A stretch of 34,463 nucleotides of DNA. It comes from a virus (lineage: Duplodnaviria; Caudoviricetes). Made by a program: the position numbers and the translations under genes. The DNA lies in IMG/VR virus record IMGVR_UViG_3300032290_000392, positions 1-34,463 of that record, one strand, 5' to 3'. Of the stretch, positions 27,273 to 34,463 are shown piece after piece. The notes under the pieces are model-generated. The model was not told the DNA's origin. It was given only the letters and a program-made list of their open reading frames with translations, and did no database searches. Numbering within the stretch: the stretch's first letter is position 1; each line of letters opens with the position of its first letter.

Positions 27273-27514
27273 ATCAGATCGACAAAAGTCTTGAGCTGGA
27301 CTGGAGCGAGAACAATGTCCAGCGGAAGCTGCTGTCTTTGTACGAGGACGAGGATTGGTCGGGACTGCTGGCCACAGCTGAGATCCTGAACACCGCTTGG
27401 CACCATGAAGTGATGGTGACCAGGTGGTTGGCCAAGGAAGCGGCAGACAATTTGACACGGTCCTGGCAAACTGCTGCCAGTGAACTGCTTGCCGATGACG
27501 TCCCGGATTCCTGA
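27269..27514 (+). CDS. Hypothetical acidic protein
   Basis: ATGA overlap with the upstream gene; 81-aa ORF. Confidence 0.65.
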   Translation: MNQIDKSLELDWSENNVQRKLLSLYEDEDWSGLLATAEILNTAWHHEVMVTRWLAKEAADNLTRSWQTAASELLADDVPDS

Positions 27515-27683
27515 GTACCTAGCTGTTGCGGTGGCCGTCCACGGCGCTGCTGTGGCCATCGTGAACCTGACTCCCACCCCCAAAGACAATGAGGCCCTTG
27601 GTAAATACAGCAGAATGGCTGTGAAGCTGTACCGGGCTATCGAAATCCTGGCCGGCGTCGTCACCCCGCTTGTAAAACGATGA
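27495..27683 (+). CDS. Holin-like small membrane protein
   Basis: YLAVAVAVHGAAVAIVNL-TPTPKDN...LYRAIEILAGVV; TPTPKD motif recalled from small phage holin-like proteins. Confidence 0.55.
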   Translation: MTSRIPEYLAVAVAVHGAAVAIVNLTPTPKDNEALGKYSRMAVKLYRAIEILAGVVTPLVKR

Positions 27684-27841
27684 AAGGCAAGAGCAAGGCC
27701 GACAAGAAAGTGTCCAAGGTCATGCGGGAGTTCAAAAGCGGTGGCCTCCACAGCGGCAAAGGCGGCCCTGTGGTCAAGAATCCCCGTCAGGCCCTGGCCA
27801 TTGCGTTGTCACAGGCCGGCGTCAAGCGCAAAGGTCAGTAA
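27680..27841 (+). CDS. Small basic protein (53 aa, DUF6496-like), not in ORF track
   Basis: Hand translation MKGKSKADKKVSKVMREFKSGGLHSGKGGPVVKNPRQALAIALSQAGVKRKGQ; ATGA overlap. Confidence 0.75.
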   Translation: MKGKSKADKKVSKVMREFKSGGLHSGKGGPVVKNPRQALAIALSQAGVKRKGQ

Positions 27842-28404
27842 TTCCAGCGGATGCGGGGTCGCCCTGGGCGCATTCCGACGTGGATGAAGCCCTTGGGTGC
27901 CCCGTAGCCCAGGGAATACGGCCAATGCTTGTCCGCCCAGTCCTGCAGGGTGTAGACAGACGTCCCGTCGATGTAAAAGTCGACGGCGCCAGTGTCTTTG
28001 GCGTCGTAAAGGTGCTCGGATTGAGCTGCGCCACCGACCTGGGCGTTGATCTTGGGGGGACGGTAGCCACTGGTGATGATTGCAGGCAAGCCGAAGTGAT
28101 CTCTGGCCTTCTGGACAAACTGGGCCAGTACCAGGGCCGTGTCGCACTGGTGCTGAGCCACAAATCGACGGGCCTCCGACTGCTGGGTGAACTCCCCGTG
28201 CGTCACGTTGGGGGTCAGCTTGAAGCTGAACGGGGATCCGGGCTGAAATAGGCCCACTTTGGGCTTCGGAGCGGCCCGGTACGCCTCGGCAAAGTCCTCG
28301 AGCTGCTTAGGCGTCAGGGTTTCCTGGAGCCCGTTCCAAGCTGCCAGCTGATGCGGCAGCCCTTCGTCGTGTTTAGCTGCGTCTGCGAGACGAATAGCCG
28401 ACAT
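27835..28404 (-). CDS. Endolysin, peptidase M15A family
   Basis: ITSGYRPPKINAQVGGAAQSEHL...AVDF...FIHVGMR (H, D, H zinc ligands); ATG at 28404 (MSAIRLADAAK). Confidence 0.88.
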   Translation of the reverse strand: MSAIRLADAAKHDEGLPHQLAAWNGLQETLTPKQLEDFAEAYRAAPKPKVGLFQPGSPFSFKLTPNVTHGEFTQQSEARRFVAQHQCDTALVLAQFVQKARDHFGLPAIITSGYRPPKINAQVGGAAQSEHLYDAKDTGAVDFYIDGTSVYTLQDWADKHWPYSLGYGAPKGFIHVGMRPGRPRIRWNY

Positions 28405-28594
28405 TTGAGCTGGTGAGTGGGGTCTTGGGAAAGATCTGGACGTTGTCCACCTTCCACGGGATACGTTCCCAGACATCGCACCGGGTCGCAACCTCCCAAG
28501 CCATCCCCTCGGACTCGGCCATGACGACAGTCTGGAAAGATCCAGGCTCCCGGGTGCCCCCGTAGCCGATAAAAACGCCAGGAAGCCGGATCAC
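28373..28594 (-). CDS. Hypothetical protein (start uncertain)
   Basis: Open frame between TerL and endolysin (IRLPGVFIGYGG...WEVATRCDVWERIPW); GTG at 28594 is the first start after the TerL stop. Confidence 0.5.
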   Translation of the reverse strand: MIRLPGVFIGYGGTREPGSFQTVVMAESEGMAWEVATRCDVWERIPWKVDNVQIFPKTPLTSSNVGYSSRRRS

Positions 28595-28616
28595 CCAGGC
28601 CCTGACGTTGGGCTTT

Positions 28617-30341
28617 TTACCGCCGGGTTCTGATCCACCCCGTGGTGGCCGGGGCCGCAGCAAGATCTGTAATGCTGCCGCCCAAAAGGTTTCGGTCAAG
28701 CGCCCCTTCAAGGTCGCCCATGTACGCCTGAAGCTCCAGGTCCCAGAGTTCTGATTGGCGTTCCCGGATGGCGCGGTCTTCATCGATGGCCAGTGATTCG
28801 TTCCAGTATTGAACCGCACCGGCAAGGGCGTCCAGACGGTCGTCGTGGGCCAGGCAGCCACGGTCGACGGTGAGGTGGGTCAGTTGATGAAACAACTGGT
28901 ACGCCAGGCGCTTTTCGACGGCCTCGTCGTCACGGGTCTTGGCATCGCCTTCGATCACCGACCGGCTGACAATGAGCCGGTGCTGGTTCAGGACGGGTTC
29001 CAGTGCCGCAATGATGCGGCGCTCTTTCTGCACGTTGGACCGAACGGTCTCAATGGTGCACGGATGCTGCACCTGCAGGTACGGCTTCAGAAGGGACTCC
29101 AGCATGCCTTGACCGAACTGGTCCTCCAGGAGGATCAAGTTGACCTTTTGGCGCTTTGCAGCCGCGGCTAGGCCCTGCAGAACAGGTTCCGAGTAGCCGT
29201 CCCGAAACGCACCGGACTCCAGCAGGAACAAATTGCCGTTGAGGTGGGCCACGATGGCGTACGCGGTCTCGTCCAGGCCGCGGCCAGACGGGTCAATGAA
29301 CATGACGCAGCCCTGGAACGGCAACCAGGTGCCATGGATGTAAGCCGGTCGGTAGTAATAATCGCCGCTGAAGCCCACAGCCGGCAAATCGCTGATGCGG
29401 TACTCGGCCCCGGAGCTCCACACGACCTTCTCTGGGGCGTGGTCCGAGACCTCGAGGACCATCAGGTCGGCCAGCTTCAACGGGAACCGTTCAGCGTCGG
29501 ACAAGCTGGTGTCCAGTTGAAACTGCAGGGCAAAGGCCGACCGGCCGTACGACGTCTCCCGCTCCAGCAGATCCATTTCGCTGAAACGGCCCGGGTCCGT
29601 TGGTTGGCCAACAGCATCAACGCAGCCCTCGAGGATCACCGGGGCCAGGTGGTCGCCGTATTTGACGGGTTTCTCGGGGTACCGGGCCGGCCAAATGCGC
29701 ACCTGGTAAGCGCGTTGGGCCAGCTTGTTGTAGATGGACTCCTCGGTCTGGGGCGTACCCAGAAACATGATTTCGCCACCGGGTTTGAGGATGGCGTTGT
29801 ATTCGCCCACGGCGGCCAAGAGCTTCTCTCGCATGCCGACAGACCACGACGTCGTCGGTGTCTCAACGTCATCAGACAGGATCAAGTCGGCCCGGGACCC
29901 GGTCAACTGGCCAAAAATACCTACTGCTTTGACCGATGGACTTTGGTCCGGGATCGCGGGCCTGACGTCGAACCGGTTCACGGCGGAGCGCTGCTCGTCC
30001 CGGTCCGGTTCCAGGCACTGGAGCATCGGCATCTCCCTGATGAGGCGCAGGCAGAACATGGTGAAGTCATCGGCCCGGGTCTTTGAGGCCGACACGACCA
30101 TGATTTTGAGCTGTGGATTGCCACGCAGCAACCAGAGCACATAGGCCGCGGCCATCCAGGACTTGCCGACGCCTCGAAACGCCTCAACAATGCGGCGCTT
30201 GGAGCCGTGCTGCATGTATCCAGCGATGTCGAGCTGGATGGGGGTTGGGTCCGGCAGGTTCAGGTGCCGCCAGACCAGGACCAGGAAGTAACGGAAGTCC
30301 GACGCAAGGGGTTCCGGAAGCCCGGTCCAGGCTGTACTCAC
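28617..30341 (-). CDS. terL: Terminase large subunit (T7 gp19-like)
   Basis: AFRGVGKSW (Walker A), GSRADLILSDDVE (Walker B), LGTPQ, IDPSGRGLDET, HDDRLDAL. Confidence 0.97.
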   Translation of the reverse strand: MSTAWTGLPEPLASDFRYFLVLVWRHLNLPDPTPIQLDIAGYMQHGSKRRIVEAFRGVGKSWMAAAYVLWLLRGNPQLKIMVVSASKTRADDFTMFCLRLIREMPMLQCLEPDRDEQRSAVNRFDVRPAIPDQSPSVKAVGIFGQLTGSRADLILSDDVETPTTSWSVGMREKLLAAVGEYNAILKPGGEIMFLGTPQTEESIYNKLAQRAYQVRIWPARYPEKPVKYGDHLAPVILEGCVDAVGQPTDPGRFSEMDLLERETSYGRSAFALQFQLDTSLSDAERFPLKLADLMVLEVSDHAPEKVVWSSGAEYRISDLPAVGFSGDYYYRPAYIHGTWLPFQGCVMFIDPSGRGLDETAYAIVAHLNGNLFLLESGAFRDGYSEPVLQGLAAAAKRQKVNLILLEDQFGQGMLESLLKPYLQVQHPCTIETVRSNVQKERRIIAALEPVLNQHRLIVSRSVIEGDAKTRDDEAVEKRLAYQLFHQLTHLTVDRGCLAHDDRLDALAGAVQYWNESLAIDEDRAIRERQSELWDLELQAYMGDLEGALDRNLLGGSITDLAAAPATTGWIRTRR

Positions 30342-30637
30342 GCAAACACCCGATAAGGATTGGCGGGCTCCACCAGGAACTCATCCCAGCCATCAGGCAG
30401 CGTCCCAGCAAAGTTGACGTGGAAACCGGGCAAAGTTGTCGGCGCAACGATCACGTCGCCGGTCTCTGGGTCGTACTCACCGCCACGGGTGATGGTGCCA
30501 ACCACGTCGATCGCGTGATCGTGGGTGTAGGCGGCGAGGGTGGTGTTGCCGTCCTCGTCAGGTTCGGAGAAGAACCCAGCAGTGGTTGCGGCAGCGGTCC
30601 AGGCGGGTTCGTCGGTGAAGCGTAGGAAGTGCGTCAT
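30338..30637 (-). CDS. Hypothetical acidic protein, partner of the upstream spike-like gene
   Basis: MTHFLRFTDE...HAIDVVGTI...PGFHVN...PANPYRVFA; 4-nt overlaps with both neighbours. Confidence 0.75.
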   Translation of the reverse strand: MTHFLRFTDEPAWTAAATTAGFFSEPDEDGNTTLAAYTHDHAIDVVGTITRGGEYDPETGDVIVAPTTLPGFHVNFAGTLPDGWDEFLVEPANPYRVFA

Positions 30638-33072
30638 GGTTGGGTGATCTGCTGGAGGGTGGTATTGCTGAGGCGGGTGGGCCAATAGGTGAGGCGCTTG
30701 ATGGTGCCGTTAATGTCATTGCCTGCATTAGGGGCCCAAGCGGACGACCCCAACTTGAGGCGGACTTGCGCCAAGGGCACTGCCCCGCTCGTATCCGTTG
30801 AAATAGTTCCCCCATTTGAAGCCGCAGCAAAAGAGTTTAATGCGTAACCAAACGCAATATTTGTCGTTCCAGTTGTGGAGACTGGTGCCGTAAGAACTGC
30901 TGAATCTGCATTACTAGATCTAATGGTTACGTTGTTAGAAGAACCTACTGTTACATATTGAGTGTTGTCAAATGTATCACCCGTGCCAAAGATAACCGTA
31001 CCTTTGGGGGCTGTAGTAGAACAGAAGAAACTTCCCTCCGTCTGGTTGTAGAACGAGCTTTCAAACACGCTCACCGCTGCGGTCGTGGTTGGGATGTATG
31101 CCGTTGCCGTTGAGCCGGTTTCCAGTTGGGCGCCCCAGAGGAAACCAGCAGAGTTTGAAACACTATCGGTTCCATCAATCACCCCTCCGTTTGAGTTAAA
31201 GGATGCATTACACTGATAAAACGTTGCGGTGTCAGAAGTTGCAGTGACTGTTAGCCGATACCAGCCGTCTGGATATGGCGTGATAGACGCAGAAGGTCCC
31301 GTAAAAGTGCCACCGGCAACCGTTGCTGCAGTATGTATAGTACCAGAGCTGATATTAAAAACAACATCAACTTTATTTGGAAATGTTCCTTGGCATCTTA
31401 GAGCGCAAAAGTTGCCAACTGATTGTTTTACAAAAACGGAAAAAGTGTACTGAATTGCTGAGGCAGCTTTTGCAGGTGCCTGTGCAATAAAGCTTGAACC
31501 AGTAATGGATCTAGTCCATAAGTCTGCTGTTGTGGTTCCGTTTGGTGCAACACCAGCATTTGCTGTAACTGTCGGCAGGGTTGCACCAAAACGTGGCCAT
31601 GCTGCATCATTGAACTCCTCACTCCTCAGCAGGAGGTTCGTCCTCGTCGTCCCAAAGTTCGCCCCGGTAATGCTGGCCACATCTGCGGCGCGGGTTACGG
31701 TTGCGGAGGTCGTGGGGATGACCGAAGTGGCAAAGGCGCCTTGCTCAAGCTGGGGCAGGCCGATGCGGAGGGTAATGTCGATGGGTTGGCCACTAGTAAC
31801 GCCAAAACGAATACCGGCATTGACGCGGTTAACCGTGGCCCCACCAGTAAGCGTATGAGTTGCTAGATATCGGTTTAATGTTGAAGTTAAAAATGATGTG
31901 GAAATAGATGCCCCTGTTACAAATGTAGAACCTACTGTTTCATCAAAAAAGAAAACTGGATTGCTAACATTTGAGGCAGAACCGGAAGCAATTTTAATCC
32001 ACGCAGAATATGTCCATGTTTGTCCCGTAGCGGCGGGAATAATTCCTGCGGATTCTGTAATTACTGACCAAACCGCACTTGCTGATGGGGTGCCATTAAA
32101 TCTAATATCTACATAATTAACTCCGTTATCTGTACCAGTGCCAATTATAGAAGTTGATACACCAGTTCCTGCTGAAGCGTATGCAAACCAGTTAATAGGG
32201 TTTGTCCCAGGTGTACCAGCAACCGCACCCACGCCTGTGTTGTTACGGATGCTGTTCGTCCTCGCCTCTTCCACCAGCAGGCCAAGGCTTTCACCCGTTG
32301 TTGGGTTGTGGTCAAAGCGTGGGGCAGAGTTGATGACGCTGGTGGTGGGGATGTAATCACCGACGGTGGACGCTTGCTCTAGTTGGGCGCCAACCACGTA
32401 AAGACCGTTGGTTCCATCAGCAACATTGGTTTTGATTGTCCAGTAATCGCTACGATTGCCAGGCGCAGAAGTTGTCGTGGTAAAAGTCCAAGAAACGCGA
32501 TACCAGCCGTTTGCAAGGGCAACAATAGAGGCGCCTGTTAGCGCCCCTGCAATGGCTGGCGCAGTTCCGTTTCCGGTTAATGTAAAATCATAAGTACCGC
32601 CAAGAGCGTTATCACGAAGCCTTAAAACAGTGGCACCAACAGGTTTTACAAATAAGGATTGAGTATGTGACGTTGAGTTAGTAAGCGTGATAGCAGAACT
32701 GAAATTTAAACCATCATTATTGTTTCCAGTGTTTGCCCCGGCGTTTAACGTAAACAAAGAAGCCGTAGTAGATGCAGTTGGAGTTGCAGTCGTAACAGTT
32801 GTAAGCGTTGAAGTTACTGCGTTGTAAGAATTTGTAGTAAGTATTGCGTCGCTGAACGTTTTAAGGTTCGTCACCGCCGACCGCAACACCCCGGAGCTGT
32901 CCACGTACGTCCCGGAGCTGGCGCGGGTGAAGGTGATCCGGGGGTCGAGGGTCTTCTGCAGGGCAAATCGTAGGTCCAGCGGCGCGGAAGCAAAGACCCC
33001 AGCCGCTCCGCCCTTGTCCACCAGGTTGCGGTTGAGAGCCCTGTTAAGGCGCCTTGGACCCAGGTTCTGCAT
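30634..33072 (-). CDS. Head-spike / fibre-like virion protein with three repeated beta-sandwich-like modules
   Basis: TFTRASSGTYVD...PRFDHNP...GLLVEEARTN...QLE.G..ATS.IPTT...TRAAD...FYNQTEG...IKRLTYWP.RLSN; Thr/Ser/Gly-rich. Confidence 0.75.
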   Translation of the reverse strand: MQNLGPRRLNRALNRNLVDKGGAAGVFASAPLDLRFALQKTLDPRITFTRASSGTYVDSSGVLRSAVTNLKTFSDAILTTNSYNAVTSTLTTVTTATPTASTTASLFTLNAGANTGNNNDGLNFSSAITLTNSTSHTQSLFVKPVGATVLRLRDNALGGTYDFTLTGNGTAPAIAGALTGASIVALANGWYRVSWTFTTTTSAPGNRSDYWTIKTNVADGTNGLYVVGAQLEQASTVGDYIPTTSVINSAPRFDHNPTTGESLGLLVEEARTNSIRNNTGVGAVAGTPGTNPINWFAYASAGTGVSTSIIGTGTDNGVNYVDIRFNGTPSASAVWSVITESAGIIPAATGQTWTYSAWIKIASGSASNVSNPVFFFDETVGSTFVTGASISTSFLTSTLNRYLATHTLTGGATVNRVNAGIRFGVTSGQPIDITLRIGLPQLEQGAFATSVIPTTSATVTRAADVASITGANFGTTRTNLLLRSEEFNDAAWPRFGATLPTVTANAGVAPNGTTTADLWTRSITGSSFIAQAPAKAASAIQYTFSVFVKQSVGNFCALRCQGTFPNKVDVVFNISSGTIHTAATVAGGTFTGPSASITPYPDGWYRLTVTATSDTATFYQCNASFNSNGGVIDGTDSVSNSAGFLWGAQLETGSTATAYIPTTTAAVSVFESSFYNQTEGSFFCSTTAPKGTVIFGTGDTFDNTQYVTVGSSNNVTIRSSNADSAVLTAPVSTTGTTNIAFGYALNSFAAASNGGTISTDTSGAVPLAQVRLKLGSSAWAPNAGNDINGTIKRLTYWPTRLSNTTLQQITQP

Positions 33073-33076
33073 CTGA

Positions 33077-33406
33077 TTAGCCTTGGCGTGAAATGGAGGC
33101 CTTAAAGACGACGCTAGGGGTTCCTCCGGACAGGGACACCAAACGGCCTCGCATGAAGACGACGGGAGCCTGCATCATTGAGTAGCCGTAGGTGCCGTTG
33201 GCGGTGATGGTGGTGTCGACGTTGTTGGAGTCCAAGTTGAACCAGTTGGTCGCGTCGAGCGAACCTTCGAACCGAATCACGACGTTGGTGCCAATCGACG
33301 ACACCGTGACCTGAAACACGGCGTTATCAGCCCTGGAGCTATTGGCAAAGTCCGTGGCCCCTGCGGACGTCAGGGTCCCCAGTGTCGAAACGATTGGGAT
33401 GCTCAT
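33077..33406 (-). CDS. Hypothetical structural protein (possible spike base)
   Basis: Beta-rich, FQVTV..IGTNVVIRFEGSLDATNWFNL; directly upstream of the spike-like gene. Confidence 0.6.
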   Translation of the reverse strand: MSIPIVSTLGTLTSAGATDFANSSRADNAVFQVTVSSIGTNVVIRFEGSLDATNWFNLDSNNVDTTITANGTYGYSMMQAPVVFMRGRLVSLSGGTPSVVFKASISRQG

Positions 33407-33412
33407 GGCGGC

Positions 33413-33826
33413 TTAAGCGGCAGTGGTGTCGATCACGGCGAAATTGATGGTCACAGCCTCCGACAGGGACCCACCGCTGGTGTTGGACAACCGGATAACG
33501 GAAGTGCCGGCCCCAACGGAAACGACGTGGGTCTGGTACGAGCCAGCGGTGCCACCGGACCCCTGGTTGGCAATGACGACGTCGGTGGCGCTGATGGCGC
33601 TGTTGGTCATCGTGAACTGCACGGTGGCCAGAGACGCCAGGGCAGCGCCGTGGGTCGTGATGGTGCCGGACTTGGCGTTGACGACGACAGCAGTGGTCTT
33701 GCTGGTGCCTTGGGTGACGGTGCCGTAGCCAGCGGGGGCAAAGCCAATGGCAGGTGCAGCCGCAATCCGGTTGTTGGTGTCGGTGGAGATGAAGAACCCA
33801 GATGGGATGTCAGCGGGATCGGGCAT
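33413..33826 (-). CDS. Hypothetical structural protein (possible capsid decoration)
   Basis: GTVTQGTSKTTAV...FTMTNSAISATDVV...SLSEAVTINFAVI; Ala/Thr/Gly-rich. Confidence 0.6.
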   Translation of the reverse strand: MPDPADIPSGFFISTDTNNRIAAAPAIGFAPAGYGTVTQGTSKTTAVVVNAKSGTITTHGAALASLATVQFTMTNSAISATDVVIANQGSGGTAGSYQTHVVSVGAGTSVIRLSNTSGGSLSEAVTINFAVIDTTAA

Positions 33827-33834
33827 GGGGGGTA

Positions 33835-34083
33835 TCAGGCGACCTTGCGCCTTGGCATTTGCACCACTTTATCCAGATCTGGCAACGACGCCACCAGGTC
33901 CCCAAAGCTGGTGCCAGCAACAGGTTGAGCTGAGATGCCGTTGTCTTTGAGGAACTGGCGAAGGATGTTGAGCTCAGCGGTGCTAATGGACCCGTCGTCG
34001 AGCCTGGCCTTCAGGTGCCACGCAAGGTCGGTGTGAAGGTTCGACAGGACCCTCGAAGCTTCGGTTTCGTTGGGACGACCCAT
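33835..34083 (-). CDS. terS: Terminase small subunit (T7 gp18-like)
   Basis: LSNLHTDLA....RL..G...AELNILRQFLKDNGI...L...LP pattern; 82 aa. Confidence 0.85.
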   Translation of the reverse strand: MGRPNETEASRVLSNLHTDLAWHLKARLDDGSISTAELNILRQFLKDNGISAQPVAGTSFGDLVASLPDLDKVVQMPRRKVA

Positions 34084-34165
34084 GGTGCAGCAGGCCTAGT
34101 GAGCAAATGGTAGGACCCATGGCCACCAAGTCTCCGCCTACTGGCTGCGCTAGAGCAGCGGAGTA

Positions 34166-34179
34166 GTACATATGTGTGC
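34166..34179 (-). promoter_or_regulatory. Candidate promoter/operator for the minus-strand operon (GCACACATATGTAC on minus)
   Basis: 12/14 identity to 9065-9078, in the same orientation relative to its downstream gene; ~80 bp upstream of terS. Confidence 0.5.
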
Positions 34180-34185
34180 GTACGT

Positions 34186-34463
34186 ATAGAAGGGGAATCC
34201 AGCCCCCTATGGTTAACTATGGTCACCTAAGGATAAATAGCTCTCCGAAGGAGAGCGGTCAGGAGGTAAATCAATACCAATACATGGTCAACCAAAGGGG
34301 AATATGGTTGACCATGGATTGTTGTTATTAGTACTAATGAAAGAAATACATGGTTTAACTATAGTCACCTATATCCACCTATATCCACTCGTATTGAATT
34401 ATGGCGCGACGTCGTTCGATGAAAGTGGGCGGGGGTGACTTTTTGGTGAAAAAATTTGAGGGG
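34186..34463. repeat. Non-coding repeat/hairpin cluster, probably near the genome terminus
   Basis: Direct repeats ATGGTT(T)AACTAT(G/A)GTCACCTA at 34209 and 34350; hairpin 34240-34256; inverted repeat 34283-34294/34305-34316; palindrome 34327-34338; CACCTATATC x2 at 34366-34385. Confidence 0.75.

Noticed and set aside
30634-33072. Diversity-generating retroelement or shufflon behind the spike mosaic
   Set aside because: No reverse transcriptase or invertase in the window, no TR/VR pair with adenine-specific differences, and no inverted cassettes.
34200-34390. CRISPR-like mini-array
   Set aside because: Only two imperfect copies ~120 bp apart, with irregular spacing and no cas genes.
1-34463. 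Integrase, att site, tRNA, introns/inteins, homing endonucleases, photosynthesis genes
   Set aside because: None recognisable; core genes are uninterrupted. The left arm is outside the window, so lifestyle cannot be determined.

Overview
Right-hand ~34.5 kb of a GC-rich T7-like podophage genome (Autographiviridae-type). A picocyanobacterial host (Synechococcus/Cyanobium-like) is inferred from gene content only. Plus strand: C-terminal part of a single-subunit RNA polymerase, SSB, endonuclease I, a winged-helix-like orphan, primase-helicase, an NrdR-like Zn-ribbon gene where T7 has DNA polymerase (no DNA polymerase in the window), exonuclease, then portal, scaffold, capsid, tail tubes A/B, internal virion proteins gp13-16, tail fibre module and small holin-like/basic genes. 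Minus strand (27835-34083), unusual for a T7-like phage: TerS, two putative capsid accessory genes, a head-spike-like protein built from AT-rich cassettes between GC-rich anchors, TerL and an M15 endolysin. The last ~380 bp are non-coding, rich in hairpins and short repeats, and probably lie near a genome end. Main highlights: (1) a 2342-aa gp16-like ejection protein carrying a ParB-like domain and an HExxH zincin motif; (2) a shared 14-bp motif, resembling the cyanobacterial LexA box, in front of both oppositely oriented late units; (3) the modular spike gene; (4) loss of DNA polymerase together with loss of the helicase acidic tail. All family assignments come from motif recognition by eye, not database searches.
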